Assembly: GCA_021604645.1 (NCBI GenBank)
Contig: BQJJ01000003.1
Coordinates: forward strand, 176,551 to 240,550
Length of the DNA: 64,000 nucleotides
Direction of reading: 5' to 3'
DNA from: Methyloligella sp.
GTDB lineage: Bacteria > Pseudomonadota > Alphaproteobacteria > Rhizobiales > HXMU1428-3
Translations under genes and position numbers: made by a program
The notes under the pieces: generated by a model
The model's input: only the letters and a program-made list of their open reading frames with translations
Told to the model about the DNA's origin: nothing
Databases searched by the model: none
Shown: positions 32,057 to 40,511 of the stretch, piece after piece
Layout: each line of letters opens with the position of its first letter
Position numbering within the stretch: position 1 is the first letter of the stretch

Positions 32057-32178
32057 CGCACCCTCACGCATCAGAAATTTATTTTGATTTTCCTTTTATG
32101 CTAATTGATGTTCTGGTTTGGCTACAATCAAATTATCGCGAGGAATTGATCTGTATCTTTTCATTGAAACCTCTTTAT

Positions 32179-32208
32179 AAAAAAAAGACCTCATAATTTA
32201 TGAGGTCT
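32179..32208 (-). terminator. Terminator of the globin/multiheme operon
   Basis: AGACCTCATAA-x-TTATGAGGTCT followed by a T-run on the minus strand. Confidence 0.75.
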
Positions 32209-32250
32209 GTAGTTTTTTACGCACGCACAGGCTAGCCTGTTTTTATATTC

Positions 32251-32273
32251 CTTCAGTTGCCCACCAGCAACCG
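32251..32273 (-). repeat. Short hairpin-family copy
   Basis: CTTCAG-TTGC-CCACCA-GCAA-CCG. Confidence 0.75.
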
Positions 32274-32306
32274 TCAGAGATTGGGGGATGCTAATTTATA
32301 AAGGAC

Positions 32307-32759
32307 TTAAGTTCCGAATAATTTTCCAAAAAATCCTTTTTTAGATTTAGACGCTTCTGCGGCCGCGTCTTTCATGACGGTTGCCAATGTGCCGTAGGTA
32401 GTGACCCAGGCGTCTTTTACTTCTGGTGTGAAGTCGTCTTTTAATCCTTCTTGCAAAGTCCAGATTAAGGCTTCACCCACTTTGTCGTAGTGCTCATCTT
32501 TTACACCGTAATCAACATGTTTCGCTCCAAGTGTTTTTACTGGCTCGATGATTTGTTCGATTTGGTGAAGATTATTTACCGCGGTTCCTAGCATAGACAT
32601 AAGTTTGTCGCGCTGGTCTGTGATATTATCTGCAAACATTGGGCGGACTTCCGGGGCGATTTCGAAAAGTCTGCCGTAAAATAAATCGCCTGCTGTTGAA
32701 GCGATTGGTTCAACTTTTTTAAATGAAGATTGAACCAGCTCAACTTGTTCTGGTGTCAT
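32307..32759 (-). CDS. Single-domain globin (FHb/Vitreoscilla type) with C-terminal amphipathic tail
   Basis: LFYGRLF (TyrB10), DQRDKL (GlnE7), GAKHVDYGV (HisF8), HYDKVGEAL; tail KKGFFGKLFGT. Confidence 0.92.
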   Translation of the reverse strand: MTPEQVELVQSSFKKVEPIASTAGDLFYGRLFEIAPEVRPMFADNITDQRDKLMSMLGTAVNNLHQIEQIIEPVKTLGAKHVDYGVKDEHYDKVGEALIWTLQEGLKDDFTPEVKDAWVTTYGTLATVMKDAAAEASKSKKGFFGKLFGT

Positions 32760-32837
32760 TGTTTTGTTCCTTTGATTGGTTTTGAAGCCTCTCTCTTTGT
32801 TCTGGACAATGAGAGAGGCCAGATTTTAAACTTTTAA

Positions 32838-33425
32838 TTATTTAAGCGGAATACGGATAACTACACCGCCCATGACATCACCCATTTTGAAATCCTTTTT
32901 AGGTGTGTCTTTGTGATTGTTGTGACAACCAACACATGGTGTTGCGACTGCCACGTCTGCGTAAACAGCGGTGAAATATTTTTTGCCACCTAAGGTTTCT
33001 TCGCCGTAGAAATTTTTGCCTTTGTTAGCGTTGATATATTCAAGGCCTTTTTTCTCCAGCTCTGTTGTTGGTTTGTTTTGTTTGTTAATGGGCCATAGAG
33101 AAAGAAGAGAATAAGAGAATTTATCGGTTTTATCCGCTACTGCTTCTGCACCGAAGCGGAACATTTGAGCAGGTAGTGGCAAGGATTTATCATCCTCAAA
33201 GGATTCTGTGGCTTTGATCACTTTGTGCTTGTTAGCTAAACGCTTTACGACTTTTTTGGTGTAGATGGTTCTGTCTGATTCAAGGACCAGGTGCAGCATG
33301 TCTGTGACTTGTTGAGGTTCAAAGGTTTTAGCTGTTGCTGGGGCTGACATTGCCATGCCAAGCATGAGGCTACCGGTAGCAATTGAAAGAGCCGTTTTTT
33401 TCAATGATGTTTTAAAGTTCAACAT
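32838..33425 (-). CDS. Periplasmic DUF3365 (Tll0287-like) monoheme c protein
   Basis: Signal peptide; LSLWPINKQNKP; PCVGCH heme motif; GDVMGGVVIRIP. Confidence 0.85.
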   Translation of the reverse strand: MLNFKTSLKKTALSIATGSLMLGMAMSAPATAKTFEPQQVTDMLHLVLESDRTIYTKKVVKRLANKHKVIKATESFEDDKSLPLPAQMFRFGAEAVADKTDKFSYSLLSLWPINKQNKPTTELEKKGLEYINANKGKNFYGEETLGGKKYFTAVYADVAVATPCVGCHNNHKDTPKKDFKMGDVMGGVVIRIPLK

Positions 33426-33488
33426 GTAAATCTCCTTTAATGTTTTTAAAACAGCAGTTATTAGTTCGAAGTTTAGGGGAGGGGGAAA

Positions 33489-34916
33489 TCATTTATTTTC
33501 CTCCGGTTTCGATGATCGTTTCAGTACCCAATCAATGCTTTCTATTTTGAAGGCTGACCGACCATGGAAATTCTTTTTTATTAAATTTGGATCCGCTAAG
33601 GAATCGATAGAGAACTGCAAGCCATGACAGGATGAGCAAACAGAACGGATCATCTTTTCGTTTGGCCTTAGGTTGTCATTTTGATTATGAGTGATGATGA
33701 AGACTTCGTTTTCATATTCATCTTCAACGGCTATGCGCGGCATATGACAGGTTGCGCAAGTAACGCCAGAACCTTTGGGCAATTCTCCCTTTAGCTCCTT
33801 TTGCCACAGTTCATGATGAGGTGATGTGAGGTAGGCTTTGCTGTGCTCATCATCGTGACATGAAAGGCAGGCCTGAACTTTTGCTTTTTGGATATTGAAT
33901 TTATGATTGTTTTTTCCGACTGAGTGACATGTGTTGCATGTGAGTTCAGTCCCGTGTGCCGATTGCTTCATTGGTAAGCGTGCCAACTCAGGGCGCATGG
34001 GGGAAAGTTTCTTTTCTTTAAACAATCCGAATGGATCTGCTTTTGATTGCAGCATGTTTGGAGCTAAACGCATGCCATGCTTACCAGCAAGAAAGCTTTT
34101 GTTTTCTTCTTTATGGCAAGTTGCACAAACGGCAATACCTGGTTTTTTAATCCATGCCTGTTTTTCTTTGTTAGGTTGATGGCAAGATGAACAATTTACA
34201 CCGTTCTTTGCGTGAGCATCATCATGCCATGTGTCTAGTAGCTTTTGGTTGATGTGCTCTTTTGGAGCATTGGCTTCTGTTCGGTTTAATGGATTGCCGC
34301 GTTTTAGCCCGCCATATTCTTCGCTTAGTTTTTCATAATTTAAATTGTTTATAAGCTGGGTTAGCTTCATTTCAGGTTGTTTGGCGTGCTTTTCTAGAAA
34401 GTTTTCATAGAGTGCACGGTTATCATGATAGTTATGACAACCAGAACTTGCGCAGCCTTCGAAGTTCAAATCTTTATGGGTTAGAGGACGATCTTTTCCA
34501 ACATCTGCATGGCACTTAAAACAGTAATCTTTAGGGATTGTGACCCCCATACCCATTGAGCTGATGAGCTCGGGCTTGTGCTCTGTATGGCATGTTACGC
34601 ATTTCATTGCGTTTAGTTGCTCGAGACGTGCTGCGTTTCTTGGATCTCTGAACTTCTTTATAGGATGACTGTCTTTTGAAACCTTTAGTTCGTTTTCATG
34701 ACAACTCAGACATGCTTTTTGAATGGTATCCCCATCAGTGAAGCCGTTGCCATGACATGTGTTGCAAGAGAGTTCGATTTGATGGTGACCGCTTGTGGTT
34801 TTACCAATAAGGAGTGAGGAACGATCGCCATTATAAAACATTGTTGTGGTTAAGTAGCCACCAATAGCTACCGTGCCACTCAACCAAAGCAACCAAAATA
34901 GAATATTACGAGACAT
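33489..34916 (-). CDS. Membrane-anchored multiheme cytochrome c (10 CxxCH plus one CX4CH)
   Basis: N-terminal TM; CNTCH, CLSCH, CVTCH, CFKCH, CASSGCH, CSSCH, CATCH, CNTCH, CLSCH, CATCH, CSSCH. Confidence 0.92.
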   Translation of the reverse strand: MSRNILFWLLWLSGTVAIGGYLTTTMFYNGDRSSLLIGKTTSGHHQIELSCNTCHGNGFTDGDTIQKACLSCHENELKVSKDSHPIKKFRDPRNAARLEQLNAMKCVTCHTEHKPELISSMGMGVTIPKDYCFKCHADVGKDRPLTHKDLNFEGCASSGCHNYHDNRALYENFLEKHAKQPEMKLTQLINNLNYEKLSEEYGGLKRGNPLNRTEANAPKEHINQKLLDTWHDDAHAKNGVNCSSCHQPNKEKQAWIKKPGIAVCATCHKEENKSFLAGKHGMRLAPNMLQSKADPFGLFKEKKLSPMRPELARLPMKQSAHGTELTCNTCHSVGKNNHKFNIQKAKVQACLSCHDDEHSKAYLTSPHHELWQKELKGELPKGSGVTCATCHMPRIAVEDEYENEVFIITHNQNDNLRPNEKMIRSVCSSCHGLQFSIDSLADPNLIKKNFHGRSAFKIESIDWVLKRSSKPEENK

Positions 34917-34930
34917 TCACAAAGGCTCCT

Positions 34931-36940
34931 TTAATAATAATAGACGGTTAGAATATGAAGGGCTAACAAGACAGGTAGTGGCCAGAAGGTAATGATATGT
35001 AGCCAGAATGTTATTTTTGCTGGTGCTTCATTATTCAAACGCATGCCTTTTTCTAACAAACGATGTTCTCCTGCTTTTAAGAGACCTGTTAATGCCCCTG
35101 TTAATCCAAGAGCGATGAAACTGAGCATCAACCAGAAATTTAAATTTTCACCCAGATGAAACCCAGTATGAAGAAACAGAATAAACGCAGCTAAAAGACC
35201 AATGATGATGTGAAATGCGCGCCAGCCTGAATAAGCTCCGAAGGAGAGGAACTTTATATTCTTTCGTAATGATAGAATGGCGGCGATGACTGATAGTCCA
35301 AGAAGTGTAAACCCGCTGACTTGTTTATAATACCCATCTGTCCAGAGCATATCGATTGTGAAATCTGGAATGACACTGTCTCTAGCTGGGAGGCCTGGGG
35401 CGATGAGTGTGATGAGTGCTGCCAGTAATGCTAACGCAGAGCCAATGAGAACCGGTTTGATCCATTCAATTGGTTCATATTTGGGTTTTCCTGCAAGTAA
35501 TTCGTGAATGAGGGGTTTGCAACTGCCGCAAACGGTTGAACAGCTTGTTTCTCTCTTTACTGCATCAAAGGTGACGCAACCTTGTGAGATGGCGTCCCCG
35601 ATTTGTCCGCGGGTAACGCCCGTGCAGTTGCAAACTGTAGCAGCAGCTGGCCAATCAGTGACACTTTGTGGTTTCTTTTGAGAAAATAGAAAACCTGATT
35701 TTTGAAAACTTAGTTTTTGCCAAGGCCATATGAATTTTTGTTGGACGATTGCATTTTGAAGAACATTGATTTCTGGCCAGTCACCGATTGCCATGGCGCC
35801 TACCAGACGATTTTTTTGTAAAATTAAACGACGATAGATGGCTTTTTCTGAATTTTGATAGGTAATTGTGTTGATATCAATTCGCTCTGCGAGTTGTTCT
35901 ACATCTCCCATTGAGAAAACATCTGAACCGACGACTTTTAACTTTGTTGTTGGTAAAGATCCGGAGTAACTTTCTGTTTTACCTATGATATTGTTAACGG
36001 CTATGGTCGCTTGTTCGAGCCCCGGACCTACTAGTCCGTAAGTGTTGCCATTATATTCAGCGCATTCCCCAATAGCGTAAATGTCTTCCTCGGAGGTTTG
36101 CATGTTTTGATTAACAGTAATGGCACGGCTAACAGAAAGGCCTGCATCTCGTACCATTTCCATATTTGCTCTAATACCTGTGCAAACTATTAAGGTATCG
36201 CACTCAATATTTTCTCCACTTGAAAGTGTGATACCCTCTACCCTGTCTGTCCCGTTTATTTTTTTAACGGATAGACCCGTTTTTACGGTTAGACCCAGTG
36301 CTTCTATTTGCGATGCCAGGAGAGCGCCTGCCCCTTCGTCTAATTGGCGCGCCATTAGTCTGGTTTCGTGCTCAACTACGATGGTTTCTATTTTTCTGTT
36401 GGCCATACCACGAGCTGCTTCTAGACCTAGGAGCCCGCCGCCGATTACAACACAGCGCCTTGCTGATATGCTTCTTGCGACTAGTTTTTCAACGTCATCA
36501 AAGTTTCTAAATTTAAAAACACCATCAAGTTCAATGCCTGGTATTGCTGGAATGTGTGCCCTTGACCCTGTTGCTAATATAAGTTTGCTATAAGAGAAGC
36601 GTCGATCGAATTGACCGATGACTTGTTTGTTTTCTGTATCTATTCCAACAATTGGATGAGATGTGTATTGTTTTACATTTGCATCTTTTGGTAAGTTTGG
36701 TTCTAGATAAACCTGTCCGACTTGAACATCTCCTGAGAGGAGGGGGGTCAGCTTTACTCTATTGTAAGGCTGCCAACGTTCTGCATTAAAAATTATGACT
36801 GGGACATCATTTGCCGATAGGCATTCAGCTGCACGTATCCCTGCTGGCCCGCCACCGATTACAACAACCGGGTTCAGTTTTGTATCCAGAACGGTAGACG
36901 AGTTTTTACAATCAGAATTTTTCTGATCTTTCAGCAGCAT
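34931..36940 (-). CDS. NirB-like NAD(P)H/FAD oxidoreductase plus BFD [2Fe-2S] plus 5-TM di-heme-b domain (probable ATG 36940)
   Basis: GGGPAG and GGGLLGLE dinucleotide motifs, IYAIGEC; VCNC...CGSC; two H-x13-H pairs on TM3 and TM5; SD AGAGGGG. Confidence 0.85.
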   Translation of the reverse strand: MLLKDQKNSDCKNSSTVLDTKLNPVVVIGGGPAGIRAAECLSANDVPVIIFNAERWQPYNRVKLTPLLSGDVQVGQVYLEPNLPKDANVKQYTSHPIVGIDTENKQVIGQFDRRFSYSKLILATGSRAHIPAIPGIELDGVFKFRNFDDVEKLVARSISARRCVVIGGGLLGLEAARGMANRKIETIVVEHETRLMARQLDEGAGALLASQIEALGLTVKTGLSVKKINGTDRVEGITLSSGENIECDTLIVCTGIRANMEMVRDAGLSVSRAITVNQNMQTSEEDIYAIGECAEYNGNTYGLVGPGLEQATIAVNNIIGKTESYSGSLPTTKLKVVGSDVFSMGDVEQLAERIDINTITYQNSEKAIYRRLILQKNRLVGAMAIGDWPEINVLQNAIVQQKFIWPWQKLSFQKSGFLFSQKKPQSVTDWPAAATVCNCTGVTRGQIGDAISQGCVTFDAVKRETSCSTVCGSCKPLIHELLAGKPKYEPIEWIKPVLIGSALALLAALITLIAPGLPARDSVIPDFTIDMLWTDGYYKQVSGFTLLGLSVIAAILSLRKNIKFLSFGAYSGWRAFHIIIGLLAAFILFLHTGFHLGENLNFWLMLSFIALGLTGALTGLLKAGEHRLLEKGMRLNNEAPAKITFWLHIITFWPLPVLLALHILTVYYY

Positions 36941-37073
36941 GTGACCCCCTCTGATAAGCCTCCATTGCATAATTTGTTGGAGTACTTATTCATTGGTTGC
37001 TCAAACATGAATGAAAGAGCTGTTGTCTTTCTTTCATGCATGTTTGATGCATTTTTAATTTTTCTTAATTAAA

Positions 37074-37089
37074 AGCAAGCCGTATGCCA
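37074..37089 (-). promoter_or_regulatory. Sigma54 -24/-12 promoter of the redox operon
   Basis: TGGCATACGGCTTGCT (GG-N10-GC) about 135 bp upstream of the first gene. Confidence 0.75.
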
Positions 37090-37347
37090 TTTGCCGGCAT
37101 TCTTTTTTTTGTGCAATAAATACAGTGGTTTATGGCGTTTCTTTTTGGTGGTGAAGAATTTTTCAGCTTTTATTACATGCCTTATAAATAGGCATCAGCT
37201 GTGTCGTTGATGAATTATTACGACTTTTTTGAAGGTGAGTTTTTGGGTTTTATTTAAAAAAAACAAAATTTATTTTGGCCAATATGCCATAAGGGAGGGT
37301 GAGTATGAAGTGGTAAAACTTTTACCACTTCATTGATTTTTCTAGTT

Positions 37348-38748
37348 CTAGAAATGTAGAGCTTCGTTGTTTGTATCTAAAATACTTTCATGCATCATTT
37401 CTGATAGAGTTGGGTGAGGGAAGATGACATGGGATAATTGAGAAGCTGTTGCTTTGAGAGTGAGCGCAATAGAAAATCCTTGGATTAATTCTGTTACTTC
37501 AGCACCAATCATATGAGCTCCAAGAAGTCTGTCTGTGTGGCGATCTACGATGGTCTTTATCATGCCTTCTGTTTCACCCATGGCAATGGCTTTACCATTG
37601 GCTTGGAATGGAAAGCGACCAACTTTAACGTCATAGCCCATTTCTTTTGCTTTAGATTCAGTATAGCCGACAGAAGCAACTTGTGGTGTGCAGTATGTGC
37701 AGCCTGCAAGAGCAAGGGTGTTTAATGATTTTACATCTTCTTTGCCTGCTATTTTGTCAACACAGATTACGGCTTCATGGCTGGCTTTATGAGCTAACCA
37801 AGGAGGTGCGGTTACATCACCAATAGCAAAAACGCCCGGTTGGTTGGTTGCACACCACTGATCTGTTTCAATGTGTCCACGATTGGTTGCAATTCCTAAT
37901 TCTTCTAATCCCAGACCTTCAACATTTGGAGATATGCCAACAGCTGAAATAACTTTATCAACTTCTAAGGTTTCTAATGATCCATCTTCTTTTTTAAGAG
38001 TTGCTGTTACTTTTCCATTTTCTTTGGTTAGGTTTGCAACAGAGGTTGAGAGTTGAAAGTTAATTCCTCTTGATTGAAGTGATTTCTTAGCGATTTCTGA
38101 AATTTCGCTATCTTCAGCGGGTAAAATTCTATTCGCGATTTCGACGACGTGAACTTTAGTTCCAAGCGTGTTGTAAAAACTGGCGAACTCAATTCCAATT
38201 GCCCCTGAGCCAACGACTAATAATGAATTTGGTTTTTCTGTTGGGGCAAGTGCTGCGCGATAATCCCAGATATATTCACCATCAGGCTCGAGACCAGGAA
38301 TTGTTTTTGCCCTTGCTCCTGTTGCAATGATGATGTTTTTAGCGGTTACATCTTCGATCGGTGTGCCGGTCGAATCCAATACAGTTATTTCAGAGTTGCT
38401 TTTTAATTTCCCTGTGCCTTGAATAACTGTGATTTTGTTTTTTTTCATCAAGTAGGCAATGCCATTTGATAATTGCTGAGACACTTTTCTGGAGCGTTCG
38501 ATGATTTTTGTAAAATCAAATTCAGCTTCATTAGCTTTGAGGCCATAATTTGCCGCATGATTAAAGAGTGAAAAAACTTCAGATGAACGAAGTAAAGCTT
38601 TTGTTGGGATACACCCCCAGTTGAGACAGATGCCCCCAAGTTTGTCTCGTTCAACTAACGCTACTTTTAAACCTAATTGAGATGCTCTAATGGCAGCAAC
38701 ATAGCCACCGGGGCCACCACCTATGACGGCAATATCATATGTCGACAT
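37348..38748 (-). CDS. lpdA: Dihydrolipoamide dehydrogenase (E3)
   Basis: GGGPGGY, GGICLNWGCIPTK, HPTLSE. Confidence 0.95.
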   Translation of the reverse strand: MSTYDIAVIGGGPGGYVAAIRASQLGLKVALVERDKLGGICLNWGCIPTKALLRSSEVFSLFNHAANYGLKANEAEFDFTKIIERSRKVSQQLSNGIAYLMKKNKITVIQGTGKLKSNSEITVLDSTGTPIEDVTAKNIIIATGARAKTIPGLEPDGEYIWDYRAALAPTEKPNSLLVVGSGAIGIEFASFYNTLGTKVHVVEIANRILPAEDSEISEIAKKSLQSRGINFQLSTSVANLTKENGKVTATLKKEDGSLETLEVDKVISAVGISPNVEGLGLEELGIATNRGHIETDQWCATNQPGVFAIGDVTAPPWLAHKASHEAVICVDKIAGKEDVKSLNTLALAGCTYCTPQVASVGYTESKAKEMGYDVKVGRFPFQANGKAIAMGETEGMIKTIVDRHTDRLLGAHMIGAEVTELIQGFSIALTLKATASQLSHVIFPHPTLSEMMHESILDTNNEALHF

Positions 38749-38781
38749 GAGTAAATTCCTTTGTACTTTTACTTTATGTAT

Positions 38782-39558
38782 TTAGGACTGAGTGTGATCA
38801 TGAAAACTGTTGAGCAGTCCTTTCATGAGATCAGTTCGGTTAAATTTTTGTGGAGGGATTAGCTCAGAAAGATTGATGTGATTTTCTGGCTTAATTTTTT
38901 TTTCTATATCGCATAGTTTATAAAAACTATTTGAAGCTGCGATGAGTTGATGGATAGGAACGTCTCCTAAAAGAGCAACGTGACCTAAAACGGCAAGGCA
39001 ATCTTCCTTGTTTTGGTTTTTAAAGCGGCGCCATTTTTGTGCGGTGCCCGCGATTTTTAATCCATCTACAACTATGTTGAATTTGCCATCACAGAAAGCA
39101 CCTTCTACAGAAGATGTATAAGACTTTATGTTGTATGTATCATTCAAATAATTTGTAATGGGATTGCAGAGTTTTTTATAAGCCGCTTCAATGCTTGTCT
39201 TTTCATGCCATACTTCAGAAAAAATGTATGAGATATTTATCATGCCGGGGGCTTGCGGGGTAAGATCACCGCCAGTTTGCCTTACATGAACAGGCCAGTT
39301 TAAAGAGGCCATCGTTTCGCATGCATTTTTAAAACTTGGTTTTGAGCTTATTGATTTAGGTACAACAATGCCTTGAGGCATTGACCAAATGAAACAGCCA
39401 GGCACAGAAAAGGGAAGAGTTGCTTTATTTAATAAAAAGCTTTCTATGTTACTAGCTGTTTCAAATGGCACCAAAGCCTCACTCAACGAAAAGTCTTCCG
39501 CAGGAAGCTTTTGAGCTTCCTGTTCTGACTTGTTTAGAGAGTAAGATGGAAGTGACAT
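38782..39558 (-). CDS. Lipoate-protein ligase family protein (catalytic domain only)
   Basis: VRQTGGDL, KFNIVVDGLKIAGTAQ; no C-terminal LplA domain. Confidence 0.8.
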   Translation of the reverse strand: MSLPSYSLNKSEQEAQKLPAEDFSLSEALVPFETASNIESFLLNKATLPFSVPGCFIWSMPQGIVVPKSISSKPSFKNACETMASLNWPVHVRQTGGDLTPQAPGMINISYIFSEVWHEKTSIEAAYKKLCNPITNYLNDTYNIKSYTSSVEGAFCDGKFNIVVDGLKIAGTAQKWRRFKNQNKEDCLAVLGHVALLGDVPIHQLIAASNSFYKLCDIEKKIKPENHINLSELIPPQKFNRTDLMKGLLNSFHDHTQS

Positions 39559-40262
39559 TATGAGTTATTCTCAATGATTTTACATAGATCAGTTAGGAAA
39601 TCAGCCGCTGGGCCGCCGTTTATTGCTCTATGATCGAAAGAAAGAGATAAGCCCATTATTGGACGGACTTCGAGTTCACCATTTTCACATTCCCAATATT
39701 GTTTGCGAACTTCACCCAATCCCAAAATTGCGATTTGAGGCTTGTTCACAATTGGTGTGAAATGTTGAACTCGGGACAAACCAAGGTTTGAAATTGTGAA
39801 TGTCCCTTTGGTCATTTCTGTCACGTTTAGTTTGTTTGTTTTAGCTCTAGCTATTACATCTTTTCGGGCAACTGCCCGCTCTGCGATTTGTAACTCATCA
39901 GCATTTAGAATTGCTGGTGCCATGAGAAGGTCTCCCTCCAAGGCAACGGCAACTGCAATGTGCATAAATGGTTTCACCTCAATTTGTTTATCATCTGCAT
40001 AGCCATTTATGCCGGGATGTTTTTTAATTGCTTCGATGACAGCGTCAACGATGAGGTCTTCAAAAGAAACTTTGATGCCATTGTTTGCGAGCTCTTTTTT
40101 TCTATTTAAAAGAGCTGTTACGTCGCAAGATGCATTGTGTGTTAGCTGAGCTGTGGTCGTTAGGCTCTCAACCATTTTTTTTGCGATCATTCCTTTCATC
40201 CCTGTGAGGGGAATGATCTTTTCTTCTCTGGCTGGAGTTTCTGACACTAAGTTATCAGTCAT
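39558..40262 (-). CDS. E2 acyltransferase, catalytic domain only (probable ATG 40262)
   Basis: GTFTISNLG, LSLSFDHRAING; no lipoyl or E3-binding domain. Confidence 0.85.
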   Translation of the reverse strand: MTDNLVSETPAREEKIIPLTGMKGMIAKKMVESLTTTAQLTHNASCDVTALLNRKKELANNGIKVSFEDLIVDAVIEAIKKHPGINGYADDKQIEVKPFMHIAVAVALEGDLLMAPAILNADELQIAERAVARKDVIARAKTNKLNVTEMTKGTFTISNLGLSRVQHFTPIVNKPQIAILGLGEVRKQYWECENGELEVRPIMGLSLSFDHRAINGGPAADFLTDLCKIIENNS

Positions 40263-40281
40263 TGAGTTTGCCCCACTGGAT

Positions 40282-40509
40282 TTAAGCGATTGAGCCAATG
40301 GTGCCGCCTTTTGCGACGACGGCTTCAACGGCTTGACTGATTGAGATTGTTCCTGTTTTTGGGGCATGAATTTCATGCTGAATTTTTTCAACCATGATTT
40401 CGGCAATTAAATCTCCTTCATTTACAGCTGCTCCATCACTTACTAACCAGCTTGTGATTACTGCGTCTGAATCTTCATCCCAAAGTGTTGTTGGAATTGT
40501 AACGTCCAT
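40282..40509 (-). CDS. Stand-alone lipoyl-domain protein
   Basis: WLVSDGAAVNEGDLIAEIMVEK...EIHAPKTGTI. Confidence 0.88.
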   Translation of the reverse strand: MDVTIPTTLWDEDSDAVITSWLVSDGAAVNEGDLIAEIMVEKIQHEIHAPKTGTISISQAVEAVVAKGGTIGSIA

Positions 40510-40511
40510 TC

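Noticed and set aside
33489-34916. Calling the multiheme protein nrfA
   Set aside because: No CxxCK active-site motif, and the heme count is 11 rather than 5
34931-36940. Calling the oxidoreductase nirB/nasD
   Set aside because: It lacks the siroheme/[4Fe-4S] catalytic domains and there is no nirD; it has a TM domain instead
37305-37333. 13-bp inverted repeat after lpdA as an intrinsic terminator
   Set aside because: No U-tract on the lpdA strand; function unclear
40263-40406. N-terminal extension of E2 from the ORF track (start 40406)
   Set aside because: It overlaps the lipoyl-domain gene in another frame and has no homology-like features; ATG 40262 fits better
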